Source of the DNA: Eledone cirrhosa
Taxonomy: Eukaryota
Direction: 5' to 3'
Assembly: GCA_964016885.1 (NCBI GenBank)
Contig: OZ024743.1
Span: 262,446,001-262,510,000 of the forward strand
Length of the DNA: 64,000 nucleotides
Positions within the stretch are counted from its first letter, which is position 1; every line of letters starts with the position of its first letter. A program made the position numbers and the translations under genes. The notes under the pieces are model-generated. The model had not been told where the DNA came from, did not search any database, and worked only from the letters and a program-made list of their open reading frames with translations. Below are positions 45,523 to 56,713 of this stretch, piece by piece.

Positions 45523-46643
45523 TGTTGTAGTTTTAATTTCTTATTTCTTCAATTTTTCCATGTTCGGTTTTTAAAAATTTGTTTGTGTGTTTGTGTGTTT
45601 TATGTTGTAATTTATTTGTTTTGTGTAGGAGTATAAAGTAAGGAATGAGAGACCTGTTAGTTGTACTGCTGGTTTTAAAGTGTTGTACTTCTCTAGTGTT
45701 GGTGGCAAGGGAGATGGGAGCGACTCTCAGTTGGTAGCGGGGGGGGGGGGGGGGGACTTGGTGGTGGTAGGGTCTCAGTAATGCTGCTCAAATGAAAGAG
45801 TTGAATGAACTACCGGATATGGGATTATAGGTTTTAAGGTTCTGGTGACATTTCCATTACTACTTCTCAACAAGTAGCAGCAGACTCAACATAAAACTGG
45901 TAATAGAGCCAGGTCAGATGTGAAATATACTCTCACTTGAGGTTAGTTGGTCTACCTTAAAATCATAGACCAATGTCAACTGGTTTATCTCCCCCTTCCT
46001 CCTCCACCATCACCACCATTGTCATCATCCTGTCTCAGTATGAGTACCAGACAACAAGCAGTAATCAGAGATTGGGATTCAATAAAGCCAAGGTTTCATT
46101 TTCTATATTTTGAATCAAGATCTAATATATAAGAAACCCAGGCAAGCAGATATAAACTAAAGAGAACATGTGATAAAAACTGTACAATATAAATGGCAAG
46201 AAGAAAAACAAAATAAATTAAGCATCAAAAGATATTATCTTGGGACCATGTTTTCTAGTGATGGAAGGCAGGTGGCTGAATTAAGTGATAGGATTGGATT
46301 GCTTTGAAGATCTTTGAAGTAATACAATAATTAATAATTTTAGTAAATCTCTCAAAATTCTTCCTTTATTAGTTGAAATAGTGTAGAGAGTACTTAATTA
46401 CAAATTTAGTCAGAAAAAGGTTAATGAGCATAATAAAATGCACCTAGTATACTCTGTAAAGTAGCTAATGTTGTGAAGTACATCCAATCGTAGAAACCAT
46501 ACCAAAATGGAATGTATGAGTCGGACATGATTTTATGATTCATCTAGGAGGGCAGTAACTCTTATTAGTGACTGACATGGACTGATGACCTATCCAACTC
46601 ATGGCACTATAGAAAGAGGGCACAAAGTGATGATGGTGATGAT

Positions 46644-46826
46644 AATTGTTTCTACTATTGGCACAAGGCCAGCAATTACCCAGTAGATTACTGGTACTTT
46701 ATTTTATCGACCCCATAAGGATGAAAGGCAAAGTTAACCTCGGCGGGATTTGAACTCAGAATGGCAAGGGCCGTAACTCTATGCGTCAAAGCATGGCGTC
46801 CGACCCTCTACCGATACTGCCAATTC
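46644..46826 (-). mobile_element. SINE S1 copy (young, near full length) inserted in a (GAT)n tail
   Basis: Full reverse S1 consensus flanked by GATAAT/GATGAT. Confidence 0.88.
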
Positions 46827-47745
46827 GATAATGATGATGATTTATGTCTTTGTCAGAGGGGAAATACAGTATTTGTGACTGTTTTTAAAGTCTTCCTGAA
46901 TGGGAAGAAAAGAGGAGGAACTTATCCTTAGATCAGATACTTGCCCTGAATGTGTGCAGAAGAGTGTAATCTGATAAACCGGTGTTAAACTGAGCAACAG
47001 ATCGAGTTTATCACATGAAAACAGAGATGACTCCTCTGATGATAGGTTTCAATACAGCTCCTGCCTACCAAATTTTACTCACAAGGTTTTAGTTGATCTT
47101 TATTTATGGTGGGATTGAACATCTTAACACCATACTCTATTTTTGTAATCCTTTTTAAAACTAATACAAGATGAAACTGAGTAAAAAAAATGCATGGTTG
47201 AAGATCACTAGCCTGGAAACACACAACATAGCATTTAATGGTATATACATTTGTCTAACACCTGAGTCTCACAGGTAACATATATATTCTTAGGCTGCCT
47301 GCCCTTAAAAGAAAAAAAAAATCAAACCAAACTAATCAAGTAAATAGCTAAAATACTTAACTGTAGAAACAGGTGGCAACAGAGAGTAGGTTAATCAGAA
47401 ATATTTGGCAAATATTTTGCCAAATTCTTTCACTAAATGGGAACTACTAAACTTTGTTTAGCCGTCTCAGCAAAATATTTGATCTTAGTATACTTTCTGT
47501 AGAACTTTCTTCTTCTTCTTCTTCTTCTTCTTCTTCTTCTTCTTGCAGAGCTGAAGATGAAAAGCTCCAGGTTTAGTTAAAAGGAAGCATTTAATCCAGC
47601 AATTACTCATGTACCTACCAATACTTACCTACTTATCTATCTAAAATATCCCAAAGAAAGTAAAATTAGAGACAAAACCTTTGAGAAGGTAGCAGACTAG
47701 AGGTTGAGTAATAAGTTAATTTTGTTAGCAATATCATTAACATAA

Positions 47746-47990
47746 CTAGCATGTGTAGTGTGCGTATTGATATTATACGCAAATATATATGCAGGTAGAT
47801 ATGATATGTCAAATAAAATCGTAATTGAGAATATGCACAGAAATTGAAGAGAGACTGTATTACACTCTCTTCTGTAATCAGTAAAGTAATCCATGATACA
47901 TTTAAAAAAGACGATATTATATATAAACTGCATTACGGCAACATTTTATGAAAACGAAAAAGGAGAAAATTAGCGACGGAAATAAAACCT
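47746..47990 (-). mobile_element. Helitron H2 copy ending at the inner CTAG
   Basis: A|CTAGCATGTGTAGTGTG..., colinear with 25945-26150 but lacking the terminal hairpin. Confidence 0.75.
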
Positions 47991-48215
47991 TATATAACGA
48001 TGCAAGTATGTGAACGTTTATATAAGCGATGTGATATAGTTAACATTACACCTGGCTCAATCCATTCTATTGGCTTTTTTACTTGGCTCTTTGATCTGCC
48101 AATATGGTAGCAGAGATAGTTCCAGACCAGTTCTATGATGCACATGCGTTATGATCATGACCAGTAGCACCTGGCTTACTTTATCATCATAGAAGTCAGC
48201 AATTAGAAGGATCAC

Positions 48216-48378
48216 CACCCAGCCATCCAGCTACCCAGCTACCCACCTATCCATCCAGCCAGCCAGCCAGCTACCCACCTATCCATCCAGCCAGCCAGCC
48301 AGCTACCCACCTATCCAGCCAGCCAGCCAGCCAACTAGCTATCTGCCTATCTAAACATCCAGCCAACTAGCCATCCAA
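48216..48378 (+). repeat. Compound (CCAG/CCAT/CTAC) tetranucleotide repeat
   Basis: Directly visible in the sequence. Confidence 0.9.
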
Positions 48379-49104
48379 GTTTTAGTGTCTTTTGTGGTTA
48401 TGAAAATGGAAAAGGAAGGGAAAAGCAAGGGTTCTAGGGTTACAGAAGAATGGGAGGGGGATGGGGGAGGGTCTGGCTCTTTGCACTTTAAGTTTAAATC
48501 CTGCACCCTGGCACTAGACAAGAATTTCCCATGACAACTCCATGAAACATTGTAAGGTGGCCATCAACAATTACGAACTGTAACAGCAACAACAGGTGAA
48601 CTCTGACTAAATAGATTTATGGTCCAAAACATTCCAGCCACGATCATCTCATTTTATTTTCACATATGGAATCTAGGACCATACGATCCAATGTGGCATT
48701 CTTTTTTTTAAGATTTAAAGATTTGGTGGATATTTCTAAGTTGAGGGATCATGTAGCTCTCTCAGCTTCTGTCTGTTGTGTGTGTGTGTGTGTGTGAGTA
48801 TATGTGTGAGTTTTAGAAAGGAAGAGTAAATTTTGTGTGTTTATCTGAGAGAAAGAGAGCTAGCTTACCCACATTATAATTAAGTGATTTAGTAATCTTA
48901 TTAGTTTATAAAGGTATTTTTTTTTAGTTTTTATTTTACTTTTGTACTTTTTGTATGATGTGTTGTAAAGATTATGTTACTGGATAAACATTGAGGTTCT
49001 GTGATTAAATCTTGGGAAATTGTTTCAGGCTGTAATTAACTTTTCTGACATCTCGAAGACAACTTCATTGAAAAGGATGAGAGAAGCCACATGTAACAAC
49101 AACA

Positions 49105-49345
49105 ATAATAATTTTGATAATAATTTCATTGGAAACTATATAGAAAATATAATTTAGGTAGAAGTGATAGGTGGTACAAAGAAAAACCTAATGTAATTGG
49201 ACAGAACTGATAGATAGTAAAAGTAACAGACTTCTGTAGTGGAAAAAAATGAGAAAAGAAAATTATTATGGGATTTCAACATCGAAGGATGTGATTGATT
49301 GAATAGTTAATATATTAGAAGATTGGACATTGTTTCTGTAAACAA
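49105..49345 (+). pseudogene. R4/Dong-like RLE domain remnant
   Basis: HWKLYRKYNLGRSDRWYKEKP...VVEKNEKRKLLWDFNIE...DIV. Confidence 0.7.
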
Positions 49346-49739
49346 CATATGTAACATAGAATAACATTAGATATAGCATCTATGGTTGACAACAGAGGGT
49401 GTGAGATAGAACGAGGTTAGATATAACATCCCTGGTTGACAATAGAGGGTGTGACACTGCACACACACACACACATATATATATATGATTGGTGGTCTCC
49501 TCAATCTCAGCCCCGCAGACTCTCTGGGGACAAATGTATACATATATATACACACACACATATATAGTTATATAGATACATAATATATAGTGTATGCACA
49601 GACAGAAGCATACATATAGTATGCACCATCTTCACCTCCCCTTCCATACACCTCCCATGTCCTAACACTCTGTCCCTCATAGACGCCCATATACCTACCT
49701 TCCTATTCCCCACACACTATTCCCCCCAAATCCCCCAAC

Positions 49740-49995
49740 CCACACTGTAAACTGGTCGTGTAGGCATCACAATGAAAAGCATCAAGTCCACACTGTAAAG
49801 TAGTTGTGTAGATGTCATGACAAAAAGCACTCAATACTCACTGCAAATGTGGCTGGCATTAGGACGGTCATCTAGCTATAGAAATCAAACCCAAATCAGT
49901 TCTGTATGAGCAAGACATGGTCACCTGACCTGGCATATCTCAACAGGACAACTCATCTAACCCATGCTAGTGTGGAAAAACGGTGATGATGATGA
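49740..49995 (+). mobile_element. RTE family A-type 3' UTR with about three 48-bp units
   Basis: Repeated CACACTGTAAA..GTGTAG...AAAAGCA units, then the CCCATGCTAG..(GAT)n tail. Confidence 0.75.
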
Positions 49996-50014
49996 TTATT
50001 ATATATATATATAT

Positions 50015-53000
50015 CCCCATCGCCCCCCGCCCCTCACCGCCCCCAACCCCCAAACGCAATCCAAAACTTCAGAGTTGGTACCATAAATGTAGGCACCCTA
50101 AAGGGTCGCGCTAACGAGGTTGTAGAAATGCTTGAACGTAAGGAGGTCGATGTTTGTTGTATTCAAGAGACCAGGTGGAGGGGTGGGTCTGCTAGGTTCA
50201 TTGAGGGTAAAAAACGATGTTATAAGCTTTTCTGGGTGGGAAACGACGATGGGCTGGGTGGAGTAGGAATCATGGTAGCAGAAAAGTGGGCAGATAAGAT
50301 AATAGACGTAAATAGAGTGAACGACAGAATAATTAAAATACGACTTGTCCTCAATAGAACTACGGTGACAGTAATATCTGCGTACGCACCCCAATCCGGA
50401 CTGCCCGGCACTATAAAAGACAGATTCTATGAGACACTGATGCTAACTACCTCCCAAATATCCGACAGTGACTATATAATTATCGCAGGCGACCTAAATG
50501 GTCACGTTGGACAACATTGTGACGGCTACGACGAAATCCATGGAGGCTATGGGTTTGGTACTAGAAATGAGGAAGGCTCCAGAATCCTGGAATTCTGTGA
50601 TGCAAATAACCTAACTATCTGTAACACTAACTTCAAAAAACGTGACAATCACCTGATCACCTATAGATCCGGGGAACACACAAGCCAGGTAGATTATATC
50701 CTTACCAGAAGACGTGACAGAGTGTCTGTTGTTAACACTAAATCCCTCCCCCATGAAGAATGCACCTCCCAACATAGACTGATAATTAGCGACCTCATAG
50801 TCAGGACGAGACGTACTCGACAACAGAAGAGGACTATCCTCAGGAGGAAAATATGGAAGCTAAAGGACCCCACAGCCAGGAATAAATTTCAAAGCATATT
50901 ACTTGATGCTTTCGACAGTAAGGAAGAACATTTAGAGTCGGACAATATAGAGGGAGAGTGGGAATTTCTGAAAGCAAACCTGCTGTTGGCGACAGACGAG
51001 GTCTGTGGCTGGGAGCAGGCCTGTAGGCAGGAGGAGAGTAACATGGTGGTGGAACAGTAAGGTGGAGGGGTCAATTAAGGCCAAAAAGCAGGCTTGGAAA
51101 GTATGGCGGGATGGGGGAAGTAGAGAGGACTATCAAGTGGCCAGGAGGGAAGCTAGGAGACAAGTGTACTTAGCAAGAAGGGAAGCTGAGGAAAGAAAGT
51201 TCAAGCATGTTCTACAACGCGATGACCAAAAACGTGAGGTGTTCAGGATTGCTAGGCAATGCGTCAAGGAAAACCGTGATATTGTCGGGGAGAAGTGTGT
51301 ACTAAACGACGATGGCACACTTGCCATCACCGACGCTGATAAGAAGGTAGCTTGGAAGTGTCACTATGAAAGGCTTCTAAATGAGGAGAATAATTGGGAG
51401 AAAGGCAGTCTCCCCCATATCGACCCAATAGAGGGACCAGCAGTGTTAGTCGAGGGGAGTATAATAAGTAAGGCAATCAAGGATATGAAGACTGGTAAGG
51501 CGGCTGGGCCTTCGGAAATAGTTGCTGAGATGCTGAAGGCATCTGGCACGGTGGGACACACCATGGTCACCCGCATAGTTAACCAAGTCGTACAGAATGG
51601 GGTTGTTCCGAAGGACTGGCATAGCAGCATCATCGTTAACTGTTATAAGGGTAAAGGAGACGCCCTAGATAGGAGTAACTATAGAGGCATTAAATTAATC
51701 GACCAGGTCATGAAGGTCACGGAAAGAGTAATAGCGCAACTAATCAGAGAGAGAATTGACCTAGATGAAATGCAGTTCGGGTTTGTGTCAGGCAAAAGTA
51801 CCACAGACGCTCTTTTCATAGTACGACAACTACAGGAGAAGTACCTAGCTAAAGGTAAACCCCTCTACTTAGCTTTTGTCGACTTGGAGAAAGCCTTCGA
51901 CAGAGTCCCCCGCTCCATTATCTGGTGGGCTCTTAGAAAACTAGGCGTTGACGAATGGCTTGTGAGGGCTATACAAGCCATGTATAAAGAAACAGTCAGC
52001 AAGGTTAGAATTAACAACGAATATAGTGAAGAGTTTAGCGTAAAAGTTGGCGTCCATCAGGGCTCTGTTCTCAGTCCACTACTATTTATTATTGCCCTTC
52101 AGGCTATAACAGAGGAGTTCAAGACAGGCTGCCCATGGGAACTCCTATACGCAGACGACCTGACACTCATAGCGGAATCAATGGCCGAGCTAGAGAAGAA
52201 ATTCCAAACATGGAAGCACGGCCTAGAGTCAAAAGGACTTAAAATTAACCTGGCTAAGACCAAAGTACTAGTTTGTAGGAAAGAAAACAAGGCGGCGGTC
52301 CCTTCTGGGAAATGGTCGTGCTCGGTGTGTAGGAAAGGCGTAGGTAGAAACTCCATTTTATGTCCTAAATGCAAAGTATGGGTGCATAAAAGATGTAGTG
52401 GGATCACAGGTAAGCTAACTAAGAACATAGATTTTACATGTGGCCGGTGCTCTGGTGCAATAAGTAGCAGCAAGTGCCCACAACTACTAGCTCTTTCAAT
52501 TGCGCAGAGGGTTCTATAGAAATAGTGGACAGCTTCCGTTACCTGGGCGATAAAATCAGCAGTGGGGGAGGGTGCTCTGAAAGTACTGTAGCTAGAGTCA
52601 GAACTGGTTGGAAAAAGTTCAGAGAGCTTATACCACTATTAGCTGCTAAAGGGTTCTCACTAAAAATGAAAGGCAGGTTGTACGATGCCTGCATACGAAC
52701 AGCAATGCTGCATGGCAGTGAGACCTGGGCATTGTGTGCAGAGGATATACGCAGACTAGAGAGGAACGAAGCTTGCATGCTCCGCTGGATGTGTAACAGT
52801 AATATACGTGAACGGCAAAGCATAAACGAACTAAGGAAAAAATTAGAGATAAGAGGGATCAGATGTTGTTTACTCGAGAGAAGGCTACGTTGGTATGGAC
52901 ACGTGATGCGCATGAAAGTCGATAGCTGTATAACAAAGTGCAGGGCAATAAAGATAGACGGTAGTCACGGAATAGGCAGACCTAGAAAAACCTGGGACGA

Positions 53001-53500
53001 GCTGATAAACTCCGACATCACACACTTACACCTCTCCAAGACAATGTCACTGGACCGAGACCTTTGGCGGTACTCAGTAACAGAGAAGACCCGCCTTACC
53101 TAAATATATAGTAAAACCTACTCCAGCCAGTAGGCATCTCTAACAAAATACACCCCGTCCCACCACCACCACCCCCACCCGATCCACACCACCCCGTTCT
53201 ATGTAAAGTTATGTTGGTGCCGCGCCATCGAGGCCGAAACAAATGAGATCGTGTAGGTGTCACGACAAAAAAACACACAGTCCACGCTGTAATGTGGCCG
53301 TGTAGGCAACACGGTAAAAACCTCCCAGACCCACACTGTAAATGTGGTTGGTGTTAGGAAGGGCATCCAACTGTAGAAAACCTGCCAGACAGTCCTATGC
53401 GAGCAAGACAATCACTCTTGCCTCAAGTGGGACTACCCCCGTCCAAACCCATGCAAGCGTGGAACACGGACGTTAAACGTTGATGATGATGATGATGATG
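50015..53500 (+). mobile_element. RTE family A LINE, near-intact ORF (APE-RT-PHD), flanked by (TA)n
   Basis: ORF pieces 50128-51060, 51005-52519 and 52474-53103 join through two single-base indels (~51013, ~52483). QETRW, GDLN, VDY, SQH, QGSVLSP, YADD and FRYLG are all present, with a (GAT)n tail. Confidence 0.95.
50068..53103 (+). CDS. RTE polyprotein: AP endonuclease, reverse transcriptase, embedded PHD finger (two frameshifts)
   Basis: Motifs as listed for the element; C4HC3 array CSVC..CPKC..HKRC..CGRC at 52319-52450. Confidence 0.9.
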
Positions 53501-53804
53501 ATATATATATACACACACATTTGATTCCCCTCTTAGGTACTATAACAAATCTGAGACAGAGAAAGGAGAGTGAAACAGTTATGTAAATATCCAGCAATAT
53601 ATTATTAACACAACCATTTCATTACTTCTTAAAGGATAAAATACAATGTCAACTTATGTATTCTATCAGAATTCAATCTATGAGGTAACAAAATAGATAC
53701 TGTGAAATATCTGATCAAAGCGCTTTGCTATTTGCTCTACCCTCATCACCCTACACATATGTGCACACATAGTTATTTGTATACATGTGTGGGTTTATAA
53801 ATAT

Positions 53805-54379
53805 ATCATCATCATCATCATCATCATCAGGTTTAGCGTCCGTGTTCCACGCTTGCATGGGTTTGGACGGGGGTTTTCCCACTTGAGGCAAGAGTGGTTG
53901 TCTTGCTCGCATAGGACTGTCTGGCGGGTTTTCTACAGTTGGATGCCCTTCCTAACACCAACCACATTTACAGTGTGGGGCTGGAAGGTTTTTACCGTGT
54001 TGCCTACACGGCCACATTACAGCGTGGACTGTCTGGTGGGTTTTCTACAGCTGGATGCCCTTCCTAACACCAACCACATTTACAGTGTGGGGCTGGGAGG
54101 TTTTTACCGTGTTGCCTACACGGCCACATTTACAGCGTGGACTGTGTGTTTTTTTGTCGTGACACCTACACGATCTCATTTGTTTCGGCCTGGATCTTGT
54201 GGGACCAACATAACTGTACATTGAAAGGGGCGGTGTGGATGGGGTGGAGGTGGTGGGACGGGGGGGGGGGTGTTTTGATAGAGATGCCTACTGACTGTAG
54301 TAGGTTTTTACTTTGTATTTAGGTAAGGCGGGTCTTCTCTATTACTGAGTACCGCCAAAGGTCTCGGTCCAGTGACATT
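53805..54379 (-). mobile_element. RTE family A 5'-truncated copy, tail-to-tail with the long copy
   Basis: Reverse complement of 53043-53500 with an internal ~110-bp duplication; (AT)n on both sides. Confidence 0.92.
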
Positions 54380-54966
54380 TATATATATATGTATAATTAG
54401 TTACAACACTAACTAATTATACTTAACTGGACTGAGTGCCCTAAACACTTGGATATTATACCATGTTTGTACTACAATATATATGAAGTGAAGATTTTGT
54501 GGTTGTGTTATGAAGGAGGATGTATAAACACGACAAATACAATACTAGTTACAGATGTTACTTTACTTCACTTCTTTATAAAGCAAAAAGAATATGTTTA
54601 TTATGCTACGTTTGATTACAAAATGACAAGTTGTTTCAGGATGTACATACCAGCAAAGGAACTGTCTTGTTTATATGAAGAGGCAGATGATTCTCCGTAT
54701 GTAGTTGAAGTGCCGGTGGAAGAATTGCTGTTGGGCCCTTGTTGACTGGGCCAAAGTTGTTTTGCTAAATGCTACATCTCTCTAGGGATGCTTCTCTTCC
54801 AAGTTACCAGAGCCAACTGAGAGAAAGAAGAACTTATCTTGAGGGATACCCTCAAGCTGACCAGCCAAGCCAGACCACTGATGCCAACCCAGATAAAAGA
54901 GAAATGGCACCTAGATGTCATTTGTGGGTCAGTGTGTGAAGAGATTTTGCTACACACACACACATG

Positions 54967-55002
<36 letters not shown>

Positions 55003-55163
55003 AATATATATATATTCACTGTAAATGTGGTTGACATCAGGAAGGGTATCCAGCCATAGAAACCAAGCAAGAAACAATTCTGTATGAGCAAGATACGGTG
55101 GTAATCTGACCCATGCTAACATGGAAAAATGGATGTTGAACTGTGTTGATGATGATAATGATG

Positions 55164-55227
<64 letters not shown>

Positions 55228-55228
<1 letters not shown>

Positions 55229-55672
55229 CAGAAGACCCGCCTAGCCTATGTACAAAGCGAAACCTACAGTCAGTAGGCACCTCTTGACCAGATGTACACC
55301 CCAATCCACTTCCCCTACCCTATCCTCCCACCAACACCACCCCTCTCTCTGTAAAGTTGGTACCACAACATCCAGTCCAAATGGATGAGATAATGAGATC
55401 GAGATCGTGTAGATGTCACAACAAAAAAAAAAAAAAATACTTACAGTCCACGCTGTAATGTGGCCATGTAGATAACATGGTAAAAAAGTTCCCAGTTCCA
55501 CACTGTAAATGTGGTTGGTGTTAGGAAGGGCATCCAGCTGTAGAAAGCCTGTCAGATAGTCCTATACGAGCGAGACACGGTCACCCGACCAACCTTGCCT
55601 CAAGTGGCACAACTCCCGTCTAACCCATGCTAGCATGGAAGATGGACGTTAAACGATGATGATGATGATGAT
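55228..55672 (+). mobile_element. RTE family A 5'-truncated copy
   Basis: Matches 38362-38780; flanked by (TA)n. Confidence 0.9.
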
Positions 55673-56304
55673 ATATATATATAGTTCTACACCTGCTATT
55701 GACATGAACCTAAACATTAAGTGCTCACTTGGGTGAACCTACAGTAACTTCAAGTTACACTCCCTGGATATATATATCAGGATTAAACCAGCATTAAAAT
55801 AGTCAGATCGTTATTCAACAGAGTACTCGATACTTGGGATACAGAGTGTGACTATATTAGAAAGAGTTGGGGCCTGATCGCTGAGCTCTTGCTGTTTTGA
55901 AAGCTAATTTCAGTCTGGACTATATTTATATATATATTAAGAAAAATGAAGTTTCTTTTACATGTAGTTAGTTTTTTAATTGTGTATCGACCAATTACGT
56001 GCATTTCACAGAGGATTGGCTCAGTATCAATCATAGAAGTTATGGACCTGACTCCATTATCAATCTGTTTGTCAGACGGGCAATTCAACAAAAATATAGT
56101 GTTTGTTGAATCACCAATTTAAAGAGCAGATCGATAATGGAAGCTGGTCCATACATTCTATGGATGTCCTTGAGCTAATCCTCTGTGAAACGTGTGTAAC
56201 CAGTCAATGTTTTTCATAATATATACACTTTGCCAGTGCATCAAGTGTTCATTTTGATACCCCACCAGTAATTCACTGAATCGTATATATATATATATGC
56301 GTGC

Positions 56305-56335
<31 letters not shown>

Positions 56336-56416
56336 CCTATTCCCAATCCATGCAAGCATAGAAAAGCAAATGTAAAATGATAATGATGATGATGTGTGTG
56401 TGTGTGTGTGTATATA

Positions 56417-56548
56417 TAATAATGATAATAATAATAATAATGAAATTATTGTGTACAGTGCTCAGGTGCACTACAACTCATCAAAGGTGCATGTATAGTA
56501 CATAGAATAATAAAGTGTCAGGATAATGAACAGTGTATGAGTCATGAT
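56417..56548 (-). mobile_element. Short CR1 3' UTR copy in tandem with the full element
   Basis: TTGTGTACAGTGCTCAGGTGCACTACAACTCATC plus (AAT)n, repeated at 56550-56680. Confidence 0.8.
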
Positions 56549-56713
56549 ATAATAACAATAACAATAATGAAATATTGTGTACAGTGCCCAGGTGCACCAC
56601 AACTCATCAAAAAAGTGCATGTACAGTACATAGGGCAATGCACAAACATCAGTAAAATGAAAAGTGCACGAGTCATGATACACACATGTGTGCATGTGTA
56701 TGGAAGGGGTACA

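Noticed and set aside
47507-47575. (CTT)n plus GCAG as an acceptor for a 22-nt micro-exon
   Set aside because: The pyrimidine tract is a simple microsatellite, the donor GTTTAG is weak, and there is no other support.
54449-54745. 98-aa ORF with an acidic C-terminus
   Set aside because: No recognisable domain or coherent exon boundaries.
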